Below, piece after piece: positions 26,858 to 42,002 of a stretch of 64,000 nucleotides of DNA. The notes below the pieces were generated by a model that was not told the origin of the DNA, made no database searches, and saw only the letters and a list, made by a program, of their open reading frames with translations. Each line of letters starts with the position of its first letter. Position 1 is the stretch's first letter. Location of the stretch: positions 1 through 64,000 of the forward strand of contig KE561045.1 in assembly GCA_000442015.1 (NCBI GenBank). The letters run 5' to 3'. The position numbers and the translations under genes are program-made. The DNA is from Rozella allomycis CSF55 (Eukaryota).

Positions 26858-27139
26858 TTATTTTGATGGAGTGTTTGGGTTCATCTAAGATAAAGAAATA
26901 GGCTAAATATTTACGCGAATTTTTTGACCAGAAGCAGCACCAACCATCATCTTATAGCGTCTCTTGTAAAGAACTCTTTTCTTTGCACGACCTACATCAT
27001 CACCGGGTATTAAAGATACCTCTAGGAGTTTTTGGTTTATCTACCTTTTCAACTTTTGGAGTTTGAGATTTAACTTTTCCGGCGCGCGCCAGAGAACCGT
27101 GCATTTTACCCTATACATAATAAAATAGACTCATACCAT
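26858..27139 (-). CDS. RPS30: 40S ribosomal protein eS30; 3 introns; absent from ORF track
   Basis: [23 protein letters not shown]...[14 protein letters not shown]...MNPNTPSK*. Confidence 0.95.
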
Positions 27140-27352
27140 TTTTGAAAAACTAAAGCAAGGGTCAAGTGGCGCAGAGTAGAATTTAAATTTCTGCCTTTGT
27201 GGTGCAAAATCCTTTGTGAGGTTAATAACATCCAAATATTGAATTGATTATAAACTTATTTTTTGCGACTAAAGAAGCTAACACCCCTTAATCTGATTTT
27301 TCGTAATTTGTGTGGCTAATTTTTCAACGCCCCCTGGTTATTCAAGGAAAAA

Positions 27353-27854
27353 ATGGTAATTCATTTGGTTGGCAATAAAGCTAGACTGACGACGCAGTTG
27401 AAATAAAGAAGAAAAGAACTTTTCGCAAGTATACCTATCGTGGAGTAGAATTGGAAAATCTTTTAGACCTTTCCTCCGAAAAAGTAAAATATGTGTCCTT
27501 AGCATGATATAGCTTATGGAACTTGTCAACGCTCGTGCTAGAAGACGTTTTCAACGTGGATTAAAAAGAAAGCCAATGGGGTTAATCAAAAAGCTTCGCA
27601 AAGCTAAGAAAGAAGCCGCTCAAGACGAGAAGCCGGCTGTTGTCAAAACTCATCTTCGTGATATGATTGTTGTTCCAGAAATGATTGGATCAGTTATCGG
27701 GATTTACAACGGAAAAGTCTTCAATCAAGTCGAAATTAAACCAGAAATGGTTGGACATTACCTTGGTGAATTTTCTATTACTTACAAGCCAGTCAAGCAT
27801 GGTCGCCCAGGTATCGGAGCTACATCTTCTTCAAAGTTTGTTCCTCTTAAATAA
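27353..27854 (+). CDS. RPS15: 40S ribosomal protein uS19 (S15); 2 introns
   Basis: [17 protein letters not shown]...[17 protein letters not shown]...[17 protein letters not shown]. Confidence 0.97.
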
Positions 27855-28165
27855 ATATGCACTTTCGATACTAGTTTTGTTATATTCATTGTTGGATTAG
27901 TTGCACGACCTTTTTTGATGTCAACCCTAAGTAATCACATTGGACCCTATAAAATTGGATTCGTTTTTTTCAATGAACTACTAAGATAATCTCGTAATGA
28001 TTTTTCAAGTGAATTTTTTTGAGATTGACAAAATAATAGTTATCACTTATCAGCTTATCATTAAAAATACCAGAAATCTGAGGGCATTAATTAGAACATT
28101 GCTCTTTTATGAATCCAGGATAACCGCGCACAGAGAAGTAAAAATAGATCCTAAAAATCTCCTGT

Positions 28166-29692
28166 ATGGGGAATTCTTCGTCCATGGAACCTTCCAATGA
28201 AAAATATTTTAGCTCCTCAAAAGAGGAAAGGGCGTTCTATTCCGAAAATATCTTAAGTGACTTCCATAATGAACAGTCAACATCAGATTTTAATAAAAAT
28301 GTGAGCAGTGTTAAATTACATGTAGAAGATATAACATCCAATCATTGTACGACAAAGGAAAACTATGAGAATAAAATTGACGTGTCCTCTTTTCATGCTG
28401 GGCGAAGAAAAACTATTCATGAAATGCCTAGATCAGGTATTATGATCTCATGAATGAGATAGGTTCCAATGACATACTTTTCACCAATGCGATACAATAC
28501 ATGAAATCTAAAGAAAAAAAGGATTCAAGCATAATATCAACGAGTGCTGGTTTCCTGTCTGTTAACCTGTCAGAAACAGAAAGTGCTTTGCAGTTGCCTC
28601 ACAGTAAACTCGCCATCAATAGTAAAATAAGTTAAAGTAGTGGAAGCCAATTCAATACTTAGTGTTTGTACTAATGACGTAAAACCTTTTCAACCAAACA
28701 ATTAGAATTCCCTGTTGTATCAAGCAGAGTCGATCTCAACAAATAATCTCGGTGCGACAAGCGTGAAAAATATCTATGAGATAATAAAGCCTAGCTCGGT
28801 GAGGAAGTCAAATTCGTGTTCAACACTATTTATTGAAAGCACAATCAGCAAAGCTGACTTGAAGCAGATGCTAAAATGGTAAAATTAAAGACATATTACG
28901 AAGACAGTGCCGCTAACGCTATATATTTTAGCATACAATACAGTCATGAAATCAAAAGATATCGAAGCCATGACATTTTCTCTGAAAAGCTTCATCCTTT
29001 GGGCGTAAAGAAAAATGAATTCCTTAAATAGCCTGACTTTAGAGCGAAAAAAGTTCCTTCCTTTGCCGATGTTTATAAGTTTTTGGATGGGATCTTTAGA
29101 TCTACTCAGGTAAGTTAAAATTGAAATATTGACAAGTTGAATTCAGAGACTGCAATTATTGCCAATATTTACATGGAAAGAATGATTCGAAACACAGGTG
29201 TTACATTATACTGCACGAATTGGCGGAGATGTGTGCTTGGGGCAATTCTCTTAGCGTCCAAGGTTTGGGATGATCAGGCGATATGGAATGTTGATTTTAA
29301 CGGATACTTTCCGCATGTGGCCGTGCAAGATTTGTAAATATTGTTCATTCTTAATTCTAGGAATAATCTGGAGAGATGGTATTTGAAGGCAATTAATTAC
29401 AATGTTAATGTGAAAGGAAGCACGTAAAACGATAATTTTTGTTTCATAAAGCTATGCTAATTATTTTTTTCAGCTGCGTGATACTATTACTAATCGGTAT
29501 CATGTCATAACGAGACCAATCAACAACTCACGAGCTCAGGAAATCGAAGCTGATACATCATATATTGCGACTGTAGGGGCTGATGGCAAAAAGACAAGGA
29601 GGAAAAGTATTTCTGTCGCTAAAAGCAAATCTGAACATGCTCTGAGCAATGTTGAACAAATCAAAGAGGTGGTTTCATTTGATGCATCATAG
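28166..29692 (+). CDS. Cyclin Y-like cyclin; ~9 introns
   Basis: MGNSSS myristoylation-type start; RKSNSCSTLFI; DIFSEKLHPL; NWRRCVLGAILLASKVWDDQAIWNVDF. Confidence 0.88.
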
Positions 29693-29737
29693 ACAGATGT
29701 TCTTAAATTGAAAACAATATTCAATTTTATAATAAAT

Positions 29738-31272
29738 TTATTTAATTCCTAGAGACGATTTTATCTTCTCCAAAGAAGACACTTGATCATTGTTTGATGG
29801 ACTGCACAATTCAGATAAATCGTACTTGTTCATCATCATAAGACACCTTCTGAGTGTATTCCAGAGACTTTTTGAATGTTCAAACGATGTTTGTGGTAAA
29901 TGCGAACTTATGGCTGAAATAAGCTGATTAACTGCCTCGTCATAACATCCAAGATTCATGCAAGCAACGGCTATGTTGTAGCGACCTCTTGCAAATGAAG
30001 GCCTTAAAGAAAGAGCCTTTTTATAAGCTTCCAGTGCTTCTTCTGATCTCCCACTATTTGCCAATGTTGCTCCTAATCTATTCCATAACAAATGATCCTT
30101 TTATAACCAAATGCAAACATTACATTTGTGCGAAATTGAAGCGCAGTTTTGAAACAGTCCGCAGCCTTGGAATAGTCCAAAGCATTGTAAAATAGTACAC
30201 CAATACCTACTTGCAAGTCAGTGTCATTCACAGAATGTTTAATTGCTCTAATAAACCCGTTAATTAGTTTTTCTCTTGAATTTTCTATATTGTCAAAGTT
30301 ATTTAAAGTTGTCTGAATGTTATATTTAGTTGAAAGCCATTGCGCCAATAATTGCAATGCTTCCCTTTCCCACCCCTCGTTGGTAACGCTGATAGCTAAA
30401 GCCTATTAAATGGAAATTGTAATAATCTACTAAAAGGGCATCTAGATTTGTGTTATCGTTATTGATGGCCTGTTTAAGGGCAATTATGGCCAGTTCTTCT
30501 TTTTCATTTTCTGCTTGGCAAAGCCCCAATTGAAACCAAGCTTCACTTATATTTTCATTCTTTTGAATAGCAGCTTCAAAAGCCAACGAAGCATTTTTCA
30601 AATCACCCGCCCTAAATAGTTCCAAACCTGTTTAAGAAGAACCCAAAAGTAATTACCTTTGTTAAGCGGGCTATCAAGGTTTAAAAACGGATTATTTTCA
30701 GCGAACGGATAAGGTCCAAAATCCAACATTGTGTTTTGCAACTCATCAAAAGTATTGTGAGCATTTTTCCACGACTCCTCGAACTTATCCAATTCTGGAA
30801 TTTCATTTAAATTTGTGTTTTGCATTTGAAGAGTTTCAAATTCCTTTTGCCACTCCAATTCATGAGATGCTGGAACGAATGCCCTTTCGAAGTTATGAAG
30901 TTCGTTAGATGAAGATTGATCCATTGTATGTAATGAGAAATCTTTTTCCCATTGGTTATGAGGCGGCATAATTTGACTATTCATCCATGATTGGTTAAAC
31001 ATGTTAAAGTCTGCTTGGGGTACTTGGTTAAAGTTATTGAATTGAACCGTCCAATCATTTACATGAGGTGCATGTGTTGCGTTTGATATAATATTTGTTT
31101 CAATATTTGACTGTTGACCTTGGTTAATGGCTTTTGCCTTTCCCTTTGGAACAAACCTAGCAGTGGAAGTTGAAGGTGCACTATTTGGCTAAATTTAATT
31201 TATGTGTGTATAAAATACCTGAAATGCTTTTATAATGCTATTTAAAGGATTTTGGGATGAACAATTTTCCAT
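29738..31272 (-). CDS. PEX5: Peroxisomal PTS1 receptor Pex5; 4 introns
   Basis: N-terminal Cys MENCSSQNPL, WxxxF motifs, TPRs (AFEAAIQK, LWNRLGATLANSGRSEEA). Confidence 0.95.
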
Positions 31273-31513
31273 TTTTGAAAATGCCAAAGTTTAAACCTTA
31301 ATTAGCAGAATAAAATAAGCTTAAATTCACTGAAAAATAATATTAATTATTCAAAATGTTGATAGAATAAAAGAATTTGAAAAATATTTATTAGAGAAAT
31401 CTTAANGCTTAATTAGGGGAAACATATAGAAGAATAAAATAAGTTTAAATTCATTGAAAATAATATTAATTATTCAATATGTTGATAGAATAAAAGAATT
31501 TGAAAAATATTTA

Positions 31514-33960
<2,447 letters not shown>

Positions 33961-34194
33961 TTCAATTAACAAGGGTTTTCAGGAAATTTACCAATTCTCA
34001 ACTAAAGCGAAATAACTTTAACAAACAATTACATTAAAGAGAACGAAATAGACATAACAAATATATATTATATTGGGATGGAAAAAGTTTAGTCTATCAA
34101 ATCAAAGTGTAAATGAATAAATACATGTCTTTCCAAATACTATTCAAAAATATTTGATATTTATTGCGAACGAAAACTAACAATGCGATTACGA

Positions 34195-34630
34195 TTGAAA
34201 CAACGTTTAAATTGTTAATTGAGTAAAGGACAAAAACTTATGGAATGCGAAAATACAAGGGAAAAAACATTAAAATACAAAACCACAATACAAACATCAA
34301 AAAACACAATGAAACAATTGATTAATAATCACGGTCACGGGAGCGGTAACCTCTGTCTTCATAACGGCCACGTCTTTCGTATCCTCTGTCGTTTCCATAT
34401 CTAGAGCCACCTTCGCGTCTGTATCCACCTCTTGATCCGAAGCCACCTTCGCGGCCACCACGGCGATTTCCATCACGTCTTTCAGAGCGTTCTCCAGCTC
34501 TATCGACACGGAGTCTGCGACCTAGACTTAATGACAAGTAGGGTAATTACCGTCGAATTCTTGGTCATTCATTTCTTTGATGGCATTAGCAGCATCGTCT
34601 TCGTTTGTGTAAGTGACGAATCCAAATCCA
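34195..34630 (-). repeat. Near-identical partial copy of the 3' half of the RRM gene (34632-35069) across N34631; likely second haplotype or assembly overlap
   Basis: A few SNPs (e.g. GRYEDRG vs GRDEDRG); the copy is truncated exactly at the N. Confidence 0.8.
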
Positions 34631-34760
34631 NGTTGAAACAACGTTTAAATTGTCAATTGAGTAAGAGGACAAAAACTTATAGAATGCGAAAATACAAGGG
34701 AAAAAACATTAAAATACAAAACCACAATACAAACATCAAAAAACACAATGAAAGAATTGA

Positions 34761-35230
34761 TTAATAATCACGGTCACGGGAGCGGTAACCTCTGTCTTCA
34801 TCACGGCCACGTCTTTCGTATCCTCTGTCGTTTCCATATCTAGAGCCACCTTCGCGTCTGTATCCACCTCTTGATCCGAAGCCACCTTCGCGGCCACCAC
34901 GGCGATTTCCATCACGTCTTTCAGAGCGTTCTCCAGCTCTATCGACACGGAGTCTGCGACCTAGACTTAATGACAAGTAGGGTAATTACCGTCGAATTCT
35001 TGGTCATTCATTTCTTTGATGGCATTAGCAGCATCGTCTTCGTTTGTGTAAGTGACGAATCCAAATCCACGAGAACGGCCAGAGTCCCTATCGCTGATGA
35101 CGACAGCATCTTCAACTTCACCGAATTCTTCGAATTTAGAGCTAAAGCTTATAATAAACATAATATTGTACCGAAGGCCTTCAGTGTCGGTCTTGTATGC
35201 GAGTCCTCCGATGTATAATTTAACAGACAT
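34761..35230 (-). CDS. Glycine-rich RRM RNA-binding protein (CIRBP/RBM3-like); 2 introns
   Basis: KLYIGGL RNP2, RSRGFGFVTY RNP1, RGG-rich tail. Confidence 0.9.
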
Positions 35231-35334
35231 GATGAAAAGTTTTCTACAAGGGTACCAGGACTAAATTTAGAAAATTCACAAATCAGATTTAAGAAAATTA
35301 GAAAAAATCAAAAAGTGACAAAATTTAGAAAAAA

Positions 35335-35484
35335 GGATCGGGTGGTGTAGTGGTGGCACTTTCAAGACTTTAGGTCTAGTAATACCATGTACAATTCCCA
35401 GTGGATGTGGTATATAAAGCTTAATTTCTTAGAATGCCTTGGTTCGATCTCAAGGTGATTTTGACAAATGATTTCCCCTTCCTT
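35335..35484 (+). mobile_element. Degenerate tRNA-derived element with Pol III A and B boxes
   Basis: A box TGGTGTAGTGG, D-arm GTGT/GCAC, B box GGTTCGATC in stem CTTGG/TCAAG. Acceptor stem is poor. Confidence 0.6.
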
Positions 35485-35580
35485 TAATCAACTTCATTAG
35501 AAAATATTGACAATTTGACATAAAATCTAAGCAATTTAATATTAAAAACGAATGATTATAGTTATGATGAAAATTTATTG

Positions 35581-37853
35581 TTAATATTTTTGTCTTTTTG
35601 ATTGAATTAAACTCATGGCAAGTTCTTCATCGTCTACTAGTTTCCTCTTTAAAGTATTTTGTTCATCATCAGAAACGTCTTCATTGGAAGAAATGTCTTC
35701 ATCTTTGTCACCTTGAGAAATCTCTTCTGCTTCATCATCATCTTCAGAAGCTTCATCATCGTTGTATGAATCTTGATTATTATTGAGTTGAACAGCAACT
35801 TGAACATCTTCTCCTCTTTTCTTTTTCTCTTTTTGCTTCTTTTCCCATTTCTTTTCCCTTCTTTTTTGCTTAGCGATTTCTTTGTCTTCGATGTCTTTAA
35901 TTGACATTTCATTTTGAGCTTCATCGAGCCTTTCTAGAATTCTTTCTTCCATTGGTCTTTGATTGATAAATTCTTTTTCATTTTCCAGGGCTAATAGATT
36001 CGTTTCCTTTTAAATTTAAAGAATTTGAATTACTTGGCCATCCTCATCAAAAACAACGTGAAGATTATTTTTCTCTTTTTTCAGTAAATGTTTCTTTTTA
36101 GTCTTTAAAATATCTCTTCTGCTCATTTCTAATGGTTCATTATTTGGGATTTTAACTTCTTCTATTGAATGATCAACTCTCTTCAAAGTAAAAATGTCAT
36201 CGTCATTTTCTTCTTCATTTTGACGAAGTTTGTTGTAATGCTCTGAAAGAACATCCAAATTTCTTCGTTGGAACATCTTGTCAACCCTGGTCTTTGGTTG
36301 ATCTTCTTTCTTTGGCTCCTGATTGATTAAATCACGACATTCATTCTTTTTATTTGTTGTAACAAACTTTATTTTAGGAGTTCCAGGCAATCCAAGTGAA
36401 GCAGCGTAATCATCAAGGGGAAGGTTATCAATGCTAAAGACTTCCTTGTTTGATTGAAGATAGATTGATCGAACATAAGAAACAAACGCCTAATTATTCA
36501 AAAAGATTAAATTTTACTTTTTGGCCAAGATATTTAAGCTCTGGATCTTGAGTACAAAACGCAGCCAATTGTTTGGAAATCGACATTGTCTTTTTAGCAT
36601 TCACCAACAATTTCTTTATTGGAATATTTTTATTTTCTAATATTTTAATCATCCCTGGCTCTTCACTCGGATTCAACATCAATAAAGACTTGCCCTGGCT
36701 TTGATATCTCGCTGTACGCCCAACTCTATGAATGTACGTCTCTACATCTTCTGGGCAATCCAATTGAATAACCCAATCCACAGACGCAAAATCTAACCCC
36801 CTCGCTGCTATATCTGTAGCAAACAGAAACGCGTGTTTCTTTTCACAAAAATCATAATAAATGTCCATTCTTTTACTCTGCTTTTGTTTTCCATGAAGGC
36901 AAAGAAGTGGCACCCCCGGCTGAAGGCGACAAAATGTTTCATGAATAAATCGAACTTGCTTACAGCTTGATATAAAAACCAACGCCTTGCAATGCAAATG
37001 AGTCTTTATGAAAGAAAATAATAAATCCAATTTTTGTGGTAATTCACTAACCATGTAATGTTGCTGAAGCTTATTAGGCGTAGCATATTGCGATTTCTCA
37101 TGAACCGAAACATACTCTGGCTTCTTCAAACTCAACCTTGCTAAATCTTTCACAGATTTTGTTTGAGTCGCTGAAAACAACAACGTTTGTCGTTCAGTAG
37201 GCAAATGTCCCAAAATCGCATTCAATGTCTTAGAAAAACCCATATCTAAACATCGATCAGCTTCATCCAATACTAATATTTGAACGTGACTCACATCAAA
37301 TCCAACCGTTTGATCTAAATGTTGCAAAAGTCTTCCTGGGGTCGCTACCAGAATATTCATCCTAAATATCCTCTTCTTTTCCTCTTCTAAACTCTTCCCT
37401 CCAATCACAAGTCCAGCTGAAAATCCATGAAATTCACCAACCTTCTTCAACACTTCAAAAATTTGTATCGCCAACTCTCTTGTTGGTGAAATAAGTAAAG
37501 CACCAAGACCATCTAACGGGGTCCAACATTCTTTATACAACTTTTCTACCACTGGAATAATAAAAGCTAGTGTCTTTCCACTTCCAGTCTTTGCAGCACC
37601 AAGAATATCTCTGGAACATAGCGACAGAGGTAAAGATTGCTGCTGTATCTCCGTCATTTTTTTATATCCTGCTTTCTTTAATCCTTTTATAAAGCGCTAA
37701 CCAATTCTATTTACCCATCTTTGTGCGATTAGATAATGGCAAATCAGAGAACAAAGATGCATTCTGAAACTCTCCTGGTGCTTTTGTCTTCTCTTTAAGC
37801 TGATTTATTTCATTCAACTCTGCGTCTCTTTGTTGTTTCTGTTTTTTCTTCAT
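35581..37853 (-). CDS. DBP4: DEAD-box helicase Dbp4/DDX10; 3 introns
   Basis: [53 protein letters not shown]. Confidence 0.95.
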
Positions 37854-38346
37854 GCACAGCCACCCAAATATTTTGGGCAATATTAAGACAAGCGTTATAG
37901 GATTAATGTTTACGTGCTAACGGATTTTTTAACTTATTTTTCATTGAAAACAATTATACATCTACATTGGCGTATGTGGCTTGACATTGGGCGCGAGAAA
38001 ATGAGAAAGTAAAAGCGCATGCTCGGTGTAAATGAATTAAAACTTTAAGTTTTGTTTCTTAATTTATTTATATTTATATTTAGAAATTTTTATTTTTCCA
38101 GTTTCCTGAGCACAAACGCAAAAGATTCGCGAATATAAAATCGGAAATGGAAACTTTACTCTTGGCTACGCTTTGACCAAATATAAAGATTTAAAAACTT
38201 TAAACTGGCTTCGATCGAGCCGATCATAAAAGAAGACTATAAAATCTTCCTTCTATTTAACATGGGTTGCCCGCAGAGGAAAAAATTTATTGTCCAATTT
38301 CTGAATTTTACGAAATCAATTAAGGAAATTATGCAGGTATAATTTA

Positions 38347-39698
38347 TTATATTGGGTTTCTGGTTATTGAATCTATTGCTACAAATTCAACGACTTTCCA
38401 GCCGTTTGTAATAGCATGAGTAGCCTTTTCTTCCCTTGTTAACGCTAGAATGTATTGTGCGTTAACTATATCGTCCTTTCAAATAAATGTAATGAATTTA
38501 CTTCTTTGCCTTCGACAATTTCACCATTTTTGTTTCTGTAGAAAGAAACTTGTTGGACATGGGCTGTAATTGTAATCACCGGCTCTTGATCCACCATTAG
38601 GAGTTTATTTATTTCTATTTCTCTCATATCTAACACTTTTCCTTCAATAAATAGTCCAGGCTTTAGTTTAGAATCAAATCGTACTTTCATTTGTGCAGTT
38701 GCCTATTTACTTTACGGAAATTGTTTTACTGCTTCAAATAACCAGGGTTTAAGGGCATCTTTGTCGCAATTCACATAAGATTCAATTATTTCTGGTAAAA
38801 TAAACTCTGTAGCTTCTTTCAAAAAAGAATCAATAGAAAATGATGGGTCTCTGTCCATTAAAACCCTTGTGACCTTCCCAGTCTCACTTTCTTCAAATAG
38901 CGATCCTTGTCAATACGAAATGTAACAATTACTCATTGAATATACTAAATTTCTGGCATGGTATACTAAAACATTATTGCTTTCATCAAAATTTTGTTTT
39001 ATCATTTTTGCCGATCGAATGATTGAGTTATTATTCGAAAAATCATCCCATTTTTGCTTCCAAGCAGATTCTTGATGCAATGTAACGGAAGTTCCTGCAT
39101 CGGGATTTTCAAGCGCTTTCATTTTTTCTTCCTCTAAAACTTTTAGCCTATGTGCTTCAAGTCTCTCTCCGCGGATTTTATCTCTATATTCCTTTTTGTA
39201 AAAACCACCATATCTCAAAGAATTTCTCTCGTCAACAATGACGTCCTTTGCAGTACTCAATCCATCGGAAACGGTATTGACAACGGGATTGTCAACCACT
39301 TTCTTCAAAGTTTCCAAAGTATCGTCACTAGGGGTTATTGATTCAGTAATCTTTCCTGTTGTTTCTCCAATTTTAGAAGTAACTTTATCAACTTTCTCTT
39401 TCATTTCTGATGCTCTTCTAAACAGCTCTTCATTCTGCTGTTTAAGTTCTTCTTTACTTTGCTGGGCGATTGCTCTAGCTCTTTCCGCAAATTTACTCTT
39501 TTTAACTACGATAATATTTTCTTCTAGCTTCTTGACTCCTTTCTGAAATTCTTGGTCTTTGTTCGCCTCTTTTTTGACCTCTTCAATAAAATTCTTGATT
39601 ATTCCATATGATCTACGATTCAGTACGGACTGTAAACCAATATAACTCGGTCTTAATGATCTTAAAGTTAGTTGATTAATTAGGCGACTAGATAACAT
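38347..39698 (-). CDS. TIM44: Mitochondrial import inner membrane translocase Tim44; 3 introns
   Basis: Presequence; ESAWKQKWDDF; LFEESETGKV...DPSFSIDSF; PVITITAHVQQVSFYRNKNGEIVEG. Confidence 0.88.
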
Positions 39699-40004
39699 CT
39701 AGAAATTAGAATTTCCTAATAAGGCTTGGTGAAATTCCTATTTGGTCTATACTTCTTTGTTCTTTACTATTGAAAGATATTTTTCACAATGCTATATTTT
39801 TGCAATAGATTGAGCAGTGAGCTTGATGAATTGATATNTATATTTTTGCAATAGATTGAGCTTGATTAATTGATATAGTGTTCGAGAAAGCGGATAATAA
39901 AAATCAAGAAAGCTATTATTATTTTTCTTTTATTAAAGAATTTAAAAAATAAGGATACAATTATTTTTTACGATAGCCCTAGTGAACCAGGAATTGAAAA
40001 TTTC

Positions 40005-41200
40005 ATGAACCTTCCACCACCGGGATATCCTGAAAACACGCGTATACATTTTGATTTGGAAACCCAAACGTATACAAAAAAAGACGAAGAATATAACGTT
40101 ATTGTTGAATGGGATCCTTTGAAAAAAGCTTGGTTTCCCAAAGTAATCATCTTCTTTTGCTTTTTTGAAGTTGGACGACCCAACCGTGGAAAATTCATTG
40201 GCCATTTACGATATGGAACATAATTTAATTGAAAAGAATCAAAATCTCGACGTAGAAGTCAAATCCAAAAAGAAGTCATCGAAAAAAAGAGTCAAAGAAA
40301 ATGTAAATACAAGTGTTTATGTATCGCAACTACCCGAAGATGTAACAGTGAAAGATCTAGAAAGGTATTTTGGTAAATGTGGGCTTTTTCTTGAGGATTT
40401 TGCAACTGGTACCTTGTTTTCTAAATATATACTAGGTCAACCTAGGATAAAAATTTATCATGATGAGCATGGGAATCCTAAAGGTGACGCTTTGATTACT
40501 TATTTCAAGCCCGAGTCTGTTGATCTTGCCATATCGCTGTTAGATGAAACAGAAATCGCACCAGGATGTATTATTCGAGTTCAAGAGCCTATTTACGAAA
40601 CCAAAGATGATGATAACATCGATGAAAAAAAGAAGAAAAAGAAAACAGACAAGAAGATTGTTAAAAAGCGAATTGAAACAATGGAAAAGTAAATTGCATT
40701 TATCGTTTACATCAGGAAATTGGGCTGGAATGAAGTAGATGAAGATGAAGAAGCCAAAAAATCGCGGCTGCAAAGGAATGTTCTTCTATATCCGATGTTC
40801 ACAAAAACCGAAATGGAAGTAAATTACATGTTTTTTTGATATTTTAAGAAAGATCCCCGCTTAATTTTGGAATTGAAAGACGAATTAAGATCAGAATGTG
40901 GTAAAATCGGGCCTGTTCCCAGCGTTCAGGTTTACGACAAGTCGGATGGGTTTTGTTCTGTTCGCTTCAAAAATGAAAATGACGCCGCTATCTGTATTAA
41001 AGTAATTTTATTTCAGAATAATAGAGTAGATAATGAATGGAAGGTATTTTGCGGGAAAGAAGCTTAATGCAAGGATTCCTTCTGAATTTTCAGAGTTAAC
41101 TAATTTGAAGAAGCTTCAAAGACAAGAAGAAGATGAAGAGGAAGAAGATCGAATAAATAAATTCGGTGAATGGCTGGAGAAACACGACGAAATTAAATAA
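40005..41200 (+). CDS. HTATSF1: U2 snRNP-associated HTATSF1/Cus2 (RRM+UHM); 5 introns
   Basis: EWDPLKKAWFP, NTSVYVSQLP, PRIKIY..GNPKGDALITYFKPESVDLA, MNGRYFAG. Confidence 0.9.
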
Positions 41201-41345
41201 ATTAGATCATTGCCTAGATATTGAACAATCATTTTTATTAACCATATTTAAAATGAGCCAATGACCATAATATCTTTCGTTTCCTGCCACATAAACTTAA
41301 TNATATTGTCATTTACCAAAATCCAAATTTGGAATTTTCAACGTT

Positions 41346-41956
41346 ATGCACATTGTGTCATCTGTCGCAAAACAATTTACTCGATTTCATTGGACTCATA
41401 TTCCAGGTACAATGATTGCATTTAATTATGTCAAGGTCGCTTAATTGGAATCTATCAACCAGAACAGACTGGAAGAAAGCCTATTCCTAGAGCAAATGCA
41501 CCGTTAAGCAAATCTAATGACTTGTTTAATTTACTCTATAAGTCAGGAAAACCCATTCCCGAGGATCATTACATCGGTGGGGCGAAAAAAGAAGAACTAA
41601 AAGAACTACCTCAAGAACTTCAAAGAGCCTTTTCTTTAGAATTTGCCAACAATAAACAAGTCCTGAGTTATAACAAGAAAATTGCAAGAGATCGCTATAA
41701 GACCTTTGAGCAAGACACCACCACATTGCCTGTTAAAATATCGCAAATTTCATTGAGGATGAATAATCTTGAAAGTCATGTAGAAACCCACAAAGCAGAC
41801 AAAAAAGCTAAGAGAGTGATTCGGTTATTATGGTGTACGAGGAGAAGATTATTAGCAACATTGAAAAGTCGCGATTTAATAATGTATTTTAGATTGCTTC
41901 GAGAGCTTCATATACCTGTTACTGATGCTATTTACAGGTATCGATTTGACAAATAA
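41346..41956 (+). CDS. Mitochondrial ribosomal protein uS15m-like; 1 intron
   Basis: FSLEFAN...EQDT....VKI..ISLRMNNLESHVETHKADKKAKR...RRRLLATLK..D...Y. Confidence 0.75.
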
Positions 41957-42002
41957 ACACTATTTTCTGTTTTTATGGCTTCATTTCGTGACTTAGCCAC
42001 TC

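Noticed and set aside
34322-34537. Second RRM/RGG gene
   Set aside because: It lacks the 5' half and ends exactly at an N join; treated as an assembly or haplotype duplicate.
38006-38020. Minus-strand GCGCTTTTAC resembling U5 loop 1
   Set aside because: It does not match GCCTTTTAC and has no flanking stem.
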